A stretch of DNA of 64,000 nt from Candidatus Uhrbacteria bacterium (GTDB lineage Bacteria > Patescibacteriota > Patescibacteriia > UBA9934 > GWF2-40-263): positions 35,855-99,854 of the forward strand of contig JAPLZK010000003.1 of the NCBI GenBank assembly GCA_026395055.1. Direction: 5' to 3'. The notes beneath the pieces were generated by a model. That model was given only the letters and a program-made list of their open reading frames with translations. It had not been told where the DNA came from and did no database searches. Each line of letters opens with the position of its first letter. Position 1 is the stretch's first letter. The position numbers and the translations under genes were made by a program. Positions 58,612 to 64,000 of this stretch are shown here, piece by piece.

Positions 58612-59199
58612 ATGTTTAAACGAAATAACGGATTTGCTGGCAAATCCTTCGGAAAGAGAGACGGGGGGCCCGTCACCATGCACAAAACGTCTTGTGCTCA
58701 GTGTGGAAACTCCTGTGAGGTTCCATTTAAGCCAAACGGAAAAAAGCCAGTATTATGTGGCGATTGTTTCCGTAAAGACGATAACGGCGGAGAACGATCA
58801 GAGCGTTCAGAACGTCCTTCTTATCGTTCAAACGACCGATCCGAATCAAAGTACTCAAAATTTGATGATTCAAAGCCTTCCTACCCAGCAACGTGTGGAG
58901 AATGTGGCGCACGCTGCACCGTTCCATTTAAGCCAATGCAAGGAAAGCCAGTGAAGTGTCGTGAGTGTTTTGTTCCTGGAGATCGTCCATCTGCGGGAGG
59001 ATCAGGAGCGGGAATGTCTCAAGAACAGTTTCAAATGTTGAACACAAAATTGGACTCCATTTTGAAAGCGCTTGGAACATACGTTTCAACCCCAAAACGC
59101 TTGAAAGAGCCAACAGATGAATTCTCCCTTGAAGTCGACACGACTCCAACAGAAAAGCCAGAAAAGAAAGCTTGGGCAAAGCTCAAGTACAAAAAGTAA
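58612..59199 (+). CDS. Protein with two tandem CxxC…CxxC zinc-ribbon modules and an Arg/Ser-rich linker
   Basis: 'CAQCGNSCEVPFKPNGKKPVLCGDCF' and 'CGECGARCTVPFKPMQGKPVKCRECF'. Start chosen at MFKRNNGF (track 58576). Bidirectional terminator 59203–59240. Confidence 0.45.
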   Translation: MFKRNNGFAGKSFGKRDGGPVTMHKTSCAQCGNSCEVPFKPNGKKPVLCGDCFRKDDNGGERSERSERPSYRSNDRSESKYSKFDDSKPSYPATCGECGARCTVPFKPMQGKPVKCRECFVPGDRPSAGGSGAGMSQEQFQMLNTKLDSILKALGTYVSTPKRLKEPTDEFSLEVDTTPTEKPEKKAWAKLKYKK

Positions 59200-59250
59200 A
59201 TAAAAAAGACCACCGATGTTGTATCGGTGGTTTTGTTTTGAGCTGAAGCC

Positions 59251-60171
59251 TTAGGCCTTTTTGATTTTTCGCACAAGATGTCCGGTGCCGTTCCAGACAT
59301 CTCGCAAGAAGCCTCGCATGAAGATGAAGAGGAAAAGCGTAAACGTCCATGTGCGATACTGATCCGCAAGCCATGGGCTTGCGACACGCAGCATGCTTTC
59401 CGTAGCGTGTCCGCCATCGAGTGGGGAGATCGGGATCAGATTGAAGCTGTTCATGACGATGCAGAGGAGGTAGAAGACGATCGAGAGCGATACAAAACCC
59501 GGTTTGGTCGCCACAATGTTACCCATTGTATTTGACAGATGGTACCAGGATTCGATTTCTCCAGCAGGCGCGGAACGTTTTTCTGCTTCTACCATTGGTT
59601 CCTCCGATGTTTTTTCCGTCATGGTGCCTGTTGCGACATCAACTTTTATGGATACGCGCTCCACTTCTTTCTTCACGGGTTTCTTTCCGCTACGAATGAG
59701 TGATGGAACAATGATGCACACAAGGAAGATCCATGCCCCAAAAGATGCGAGGAAGGCGAATCGCCATCGACCACCACCTTTCATGAGTTTGCCAGGCCAC
59801 TTTTTGAAAAAGGACAGGTTCTCTTGGAGAATTTTCTCGGCGAATCTGCCGAACACGATTCCGACTAAGAAGAAGAGAAAGAGTATGGAGAACAACATGC
59901 CACCGAGATCGATGAGTACGTGAACTTGGGTTGAGGCTTGCTTGAAGCCATCGCCCAGTTCGTTGTATCCGCCAAGGGGAATTGGTCCAAGACTGAACGT
60001 GGTTCCAAGCCATGTTCCAATCGTAAAAATGCTTGGCCCAAACCCGATTTGGAATTTGGTGACAGGCACATGAAAGAGCTGAGCCATGATAAAATGACCA
60101 AATTCGTGAATAACGATGACGCTCGAAAACATCATGATCAATAGTGCCATCTGAACGATTTTCCGCTGCAT
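59251..60171 (-). CDS. Site-2 protease family zinc metalloprotease (peptidase M50)
   Basis: 'HEFGH' in the first TM helix, and polytopic. Start may be the internal MALLIMMF. Confidence 0.7.
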   Translation of the reverse strand: MQRKIVQMALLIMMFSSVIVIHEFGHFIMAQLFHVPVTKFQIGFGPSIFTIGTWLGTTFSLGPIPLGGYNELGDGFKQASTQVHVLIDLGGMLFSILFLFFLVGIVFGRFAEKILQENLSFFKKWPGKLMKGGGRWRFAFLASFGAWIFLVCIIVPSLIRSGKKPVKKEVERVSIKVDVATGTMTEKTSEEPMVEAEKRSAPAGEIESWYHLSNTMGNIVATKPGFVSLSIVFYLLCIVMNSFNLIPISPLDGGHATESMLRVASPWLADQYRTWTFTLFLFIFMRGFLRDVWNGTGHLVRKIKKA

Positions 60172-60227
60172 GCAACCTCCGGTCTTACAGTGAATTCATC
60201 TGTAAGGAAAAGACACTATAGGGTTTT

Positions 60228-61220
60228 ATGCCTTCTGTCAATGATTTTCCGCTTCGAATTCAGAGATGCTATACTGAGGCAGACTTCATACGTATGCAAC
60301 AAACACACAAACGTTTTTTTCTTTTTATTACCCTATTGTCTTTTGCTTTGGCCGGGATTTTTTTGTTTATCGTTTTTCAAACAAATCCTCGTTATGAAGA
60401 AAAATCTTTGACGGAGGGAGAGAAACAATCGGCTGGGCCTTCCGAGCAGTTTGCCGAATCACAATTTACCAAGCGGTTGCCGGTTGCAAAGAACAAAGTA
60501 AACCCCAATGATTTTGTTGTCCCGATTCTCATGTATCATCACATTGGCGTGAACACAGATGTATCCGACAAGATTCGTGATGACCTGACCGTTCCACCAG
60601 ATCAGTTTGAAGCGCAGGTCGCATGGCTTGCAAAGAACAAATATCATTCCGTCACTTTGGAAGATGTTTATCTCCATGCAGAAGGGAAGTTGAAACTTCC
60701 CTCAAACCCTATCGTGTTTACATTTGATGACGGGTACGATGACGCCATCTTGAATGCGGTTCCCATTTTAAAAAAGTATGGGGATGTCGGCAGCTTCGCG
60801 ATCATCACACAATGGCCTGGAACAACGAGCGGGTCGAATACATACGCCACATGGGATCAAATCAAAACGGCTATGAATCAAGGGATGGAAATCGTTTCGC
60901 ATACACAGAATCATTTTGATGGAACAAATCCAACCGTAACAAAGGAGTATGTTCTCAAAGATTTGAAAGGTTCCGTGATGGATTTAAAGAATCATCTCGG
61001 TATCTCATCTGATCTGTTGATTTATCCGTATGGGCATTACAATGCGGATTACATTGCTGCGGCAGAAGAAGCAGGCTTTGTCATGGGTGTCACAGTTCAT
61101 GAGGGTGCGGTGGTTGATCCGGATGTTCTCATGGAAATTCCACGCATTCGCGTGCATGGGCGCGAGGAACTCAAGCGGTTTCAGAATATTTTGTGGGGAG
61201 CTAAACATGTTTCGCTATGA
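60228..61220 (+). CDS. Polysaccharide deacetylase (CE4/NodB homology domain) with N-terminal TM anchor
   Basis: 'VPILMYHHIG', 'FTFDDGYDD', 'VSHTQNH', 'LIYPYGHY'. Confidence 0.7.
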   Translation: MPSVNDFPLRIQRCYTEADFIRMQQTHKRFFLFITLLSFALAGIFLFIVFQTNPRYEEKSLTEGEKQSAGPSEQFAESQFTKRLPVAKNKVNPNDFVVPILMYHHIGVNTDVSDKIRDDLTVPPDQFEAQVAWLAKNKYHSVTLEDVYLHAEGKLKLPSNPIVFTFDDGYDDAILNAVPILKKYGDVGSFAIITQWPGTTSGSNTYATWDQIKTAMNQGMEIVSHTQNHFDGTNPTVTKEYVLKDLKGSVMDLKNHLGISSDLLIYPYGHYNADYIAAAEEAGFVMGVTVHEGAVVDPDVLMEIPRIRVHGREELKRFQNILWGAKHVSL

Positions 61221-62722
61221 CTCAAGCTCAAGCGCTCGAAATTTTAAAAACAGGAAACTCGGTTTTTTTGACCGGTGAACCGGGGGCGGGAAAGACCTAT
61301 ACCATTAACAAGTATGTGTCTTATTTGCGTTCCAAGAATGTGAATGTGGCCATTACCGCCTCGACGGGAATTGCTGCAACGCATGTTGGAGGAATGACGA
61401 TTCACTCTTGGGCGAGCATCGGAATTAGCAAGGAGCTCTCGAGGGAAGAACTGAAAGAAATTGCGCGAAATAGTCGCGTGGTAAACCGCATGTTGAAGAC
61501 GAGCGTGCTTATCATTGACGAGATCTCCATGCTCGATGGTCGAACATTCGACCTGATCGAACTCGTCTGCCGAACCGTTCGCAAAAAAGATGAACCATTC
61601 GGGGGAATGCAGATTGTCTGCGTCGGTGATTTCTTTCAATTGCCACCGGTTTCTCGACAGGGCGAACCAACCCCAGAGTTCGCGTTTCAATCGCGTGCAT
61701 GGCAAATGATGGATCCTCGTGTGTGTTATTTAACCGAGCATCATCGTCAGGACGACAAGGTTTTCCTTGGTGTGCTTCGATCGATGCGCGCAGGATTTCT
61801 CTCGGATGAGGATAAAGATGTTTTGCTTACGCGATCTGTTGACACAAACTTCGACCATGCGGACCTCGATGTTCCAAAGTTGTTCACGCATAATGCGAAC
61901 GTCGATCAGCTCAATGAGTATGAACTTCGTCGCATTCCGGGAAAGAAGGAGTCGTTTGAAATGGAAATGCATGGTGCGCCGCCGCTTATTGAACAACTCA
62001 AGCGCGGATGTTTGTCGCCCGAGGTTTTGCATTTGAAAAAAGGTGCGCAAGTCATGTTTACCAAAAATAATTTTGATGAGAAGTACGTGAACGGAACACT
62101 CGGTGTTGTCGAGGGATTTACGCCAGATTCCAAGTTGCCAATCGTACGTACGCGATCTGGAAAGACGATCGAAGTGATAAAAACTTCGTGGTCGATTCGT
62201 GCGGAAGACAAAGAACTTGCGAGTATTGTACAGTTTCCTCTGCGACTTGCTTGGGCAATGACCGTTCATAAGAGTCAGGGAATGTCGCTCGATGCGGCGT
62301 TTGTAGATCTCTCGAATGCATTTGTATGTGGACAAGGGTATGTGGCACTCTCGCGTGTACGCAACCTCGAGGGTTTGCACCTCGGTGGTCTCAATGCACA
62401 AGCGCTCGAAGTGAACCAGGATGTGCTCATGAAAGACGCAGAGTTTCGAACGCAATCACATGAGGCGGAGGAATTGCTCGAGATGCTAACGGAGGAAGAT
62501 TTAAAAACGCGTCAGGATCGATTCGTGAAAGAGTGTGATGGGAATGTTGAGGGGGAAGAAAGGGTGGAGAAGGCGGAAAAGCCAAAAGAGAAGAAGACTT
62601 CGACCAAGGAACAGTCGATTGCGTTGCATCGAATTGGGATGAAACCAGAGCAAATCGCCCGAATGCGAGGGATTAAGCTCGAGACAGTAAAGAAACACCT
62701 CGAGAAAATGAAGATAATCTGA
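61217..62722 (+). CDS. Pif1/RecD-like superfamily 1 helicase with C-terminal HTH-like tail
   Basis: 'GEPGAGKTY', 'LIIDEISML', 'VGDFFQLPPV', 'AMTVHKSQGMSLD'. C-terminal 'IALHRIGMKPEQIARMRGIKLETVKKHLEKM'. Confidence 0.75.
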   Translation: MTQAQALEILKTGNSVFLTGEPGAGKTYTINKYVSYLRSKNVNVAITASTGIAATHVGGMTIHSWASIGISKELSREELKEIARNSRVVNRMLKTSVLIIDEISMLDGRTFDLIELVCRTVRKKDEPFGGMQIVCVGDFFQLPPVSRQGEPTPEFAFQSRAWQMMDPRVCYLTEHHRQDDKVFLGVLRSMRAGFLSDEDKDVLLTRSVDTNFDHADLDVPKLFTHNANVDQLNEYELRRIPGKKESFEMEMHGAPPLIEQLKRGCLSPEVLHLKKGAQVMFTKNNFDEKYVNGTLGVVEGFTPDSKLPIVRTRSGKTIEVIKTSWSIRAEDKELASIVQFPLRLAWAMTVHKSQGMSLDAAFVDLSNAFVCGQGYVALSRVRNLEGLHLGGLNAQALEVNQDVLMKDAEFRTQSHEAEELLEMLTEEDLKTRQDRFVKECDGNVEGEERVEKAEKPKEKKTSTKEQSIALHRIGMKPEQIARMRGIKLETVKKHLEKMKII

Positions 62723-62737
62723 TAGGATGAATCTACT

Positions 62738-63457
62738 ATGTCACATATTCCAAAACACATCGGTATTATCATGGATGGTAACAGACGTTGGGCAAAAGAA
62801 CGTGGATTAACGGCAAGTGAGGGGCATATGGCTGGTGTTGAGAATCTCACTACGCTGCTTGAGGCATGTGCAAATCGCGGCATTGAGACCGTAACGATTT
62901 ACGCGTTTAGTACAGAAAATTTTAAAAAACGCAGTCGCAAAGAAATTGCTGCACTCTTTGGATTAGTGGGTGTTTGGCTACAACGTAAGTCAAACGAGAT
63001 GAAAGAGAAAGGTGTGTGTCTTGCGTTTCTTGGGGATCTCTCGAAATTGCCCGAACGATTGCAACACAAGATTAACCATGCCGTCGAAGTGCTGAAAGAC
63101 AACGAGCGCATCAAATGCAACATCCTCATGAACTACGGTGGTCGCCCAGAACTCGTGAATGCGTTTAAAGAAATTGTGAAGAGCGGAATCGCCGCAGATG
63201 AAATCAATGAAGAATTGATTGAACAACATTTGTATACAAAGGGTCAGTCTGATCCAGATCTCATGATTCGCACGGGGGGAGAAATGCGCGTGAGCAACTT
63301 CCTCATCTGGCAACTCAGCTATTCGGAATTATATTTTACCGATACGTACTGGCCGGACTTTAATGAAGTTGAACTCGATAAGGCACTCGCGGAATATTCA
63401 CGACGTGAACGTCGATTGGGGGGAGATGTTATCGCCGAAGCAGTAAAATCCATCTAG
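62738..63457 (+). CDS. uppS: Undecaprenyl-diphosphate synthase (cis-isoprenyl transferase)
   Basis: 'HIGIIMDGNRRWAKERG', 'TIYAFSTENFKR', 'RTGGEMRVSNFLIWQLSYSELYF'. Confidence 0.9.
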   Translation: MSHIPKHIGIIMDGNRRWAKERGLTASEGHMAGVENLTTLLEACANRGIETVTIYAFSTENFKKRSRKEIAALFGLVGVWLQRKSNEMKEKGVCLAFLGDLSKLPERLQHKINHAVEVLKDNERIKCNILMNYGGRPELVNAFKEIVKSGIAADEINEELIEQHLYTKGQSDPDLMIRTGGEMRVSNFLIWQLSYSELYFTDTYWPDFNEVELDKALAEYSRRERRLGGDVIAEAVKSI

Positions 63458-63537
63458 AATGAAACACCCTCGAGGATCTCGGGGGTGTTTATTTACAAAA
63501 AGAGCCTTTTTTGATAGGTTGAATTCGGAGGTGAGTC

Positions 63538-63831
63538 ATGCAAATTACAGTCCAAACGCCTTATTCAATTTGGAGGCAACTCAAAGTCATCCTGACGGCC
63601 ATCTTTTTGATCCTCTGCATACTATTCGTGTGTCTTCTGGTCGCCAACGGAAATACTGTATTCAGCACGATTTTCCGTCCCTGCATCGGAGACAAACCGT
63701 CCTGCATGGATACGTTCAATGTGAATGGCCCAGACGTCACTTGTAAGTGTCTGCATGGCACTCGCTGGTTTTGGGAGAATGATCCAACGGCTACAAAGAA
63801 TAAGATGAATCCACCCTCTCCGCTCAGGTAA
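63538..63831 (+). CDS. Small membrane protein with C-terminal Cys-rich segment
   Basis: 97 aa with one TM helix. Confidence 0.3.
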   Translation: MQITVQTPYSIWRQLKVILTAIFLILCILFVCLLVANGNTVFSTIFRPCIGDKPSCMDTFNVNGPDVTCKCLHGTRWFWENDPTATKNKMNPPSPLR

Positions 63832-64000
63832 CTCTCACAGGCTTTCAAGCCTGTTTTTTCATTGACGAATCGATTGTTTTTCCGTATCATCTCTCAACAT
63901 GTCGCAGAACTTTGAACTCATCATTTTCTACAAATACACTCCCGTTTCTGACGTGGAGCGTTTTGTTGTTTGGCAGAAAAAGCACTGCGCAGAACTTGGG

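Overview
This 64-kb window reads as a chromosomal segment from a small-genome, moderate-GC (about 45%) bacterium. The gene content (compact housekeeping operons, many small membrane or secreted proteins, giant surface proteins, orphan receiver domains) resembles Patescibacteria/CPR-like genomes, but that placement is inference only.

Housekeeping backbone: recJ, an RNase H, a pilM–receiver-like–pilin-like cluster, ligA, gatC–gatA–lgt, a MacA/MacB-type efflux operon, a SulP permease, dnaG–rpoD, an ECF sigma/anti-sigma pair, mutY, prs, pepE, an M50 protease, CE4 deacetylase, a Pif1/RecD-like helicase, uppS, and tRNA-Ser and tRNA-Asn.

Five accessory regions interrupt the backbone, each described below and in the findings:
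- A roughly 2-kb GC-enriched, ORF-poor locus (26.75–28.72 kb) with a recurring two-hairpin RNA module showing compensatory substitutions, flanked by promoter-like and twin terminator-like hairpins. I read it as a family of unclassified structured ncRNAs.
- A 5.1-kb higher-GC integrated element (37227–42356) bounded by perfect 68-bp direct repeats. It carries a tyrosine integrase, a remnant of a second integrase, and cargo that includes a 490-aa protein with a C39/papain-like Cys…His signature. A serine recombinase gene follows immediately.
- A tRNA-Asn whose 5' portion is duplicated upstream, with a 20-bp perfect palindrome inserted in the copy and a small GIY-YIG nuclease gene wedged between the two copies.
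- A five-gene minus-strand operon (PqqD-family RRE, GT2, HprK-like P-loop kinase, GT2, PF14907-type nucleotidyltransferase) that resembles peptide-modification systems but has no visible precursor, cyclase or leader peptidase.
- A cluster of orphan or pseudo receiver proteins, one of them an internally duplicated tandem pseudo-receiver.

Several single-gene GC-rich patches (an HTH repressor with its own promoter/operator/terminator, a YdcF/DUF218 protein) and two giant repeat-rich surface proteins (an S8 subtilase and a DUF3494 ice-binding-like protein) are also noted. All coordinates and motifs were read directly from the sequence; no database searches were run.
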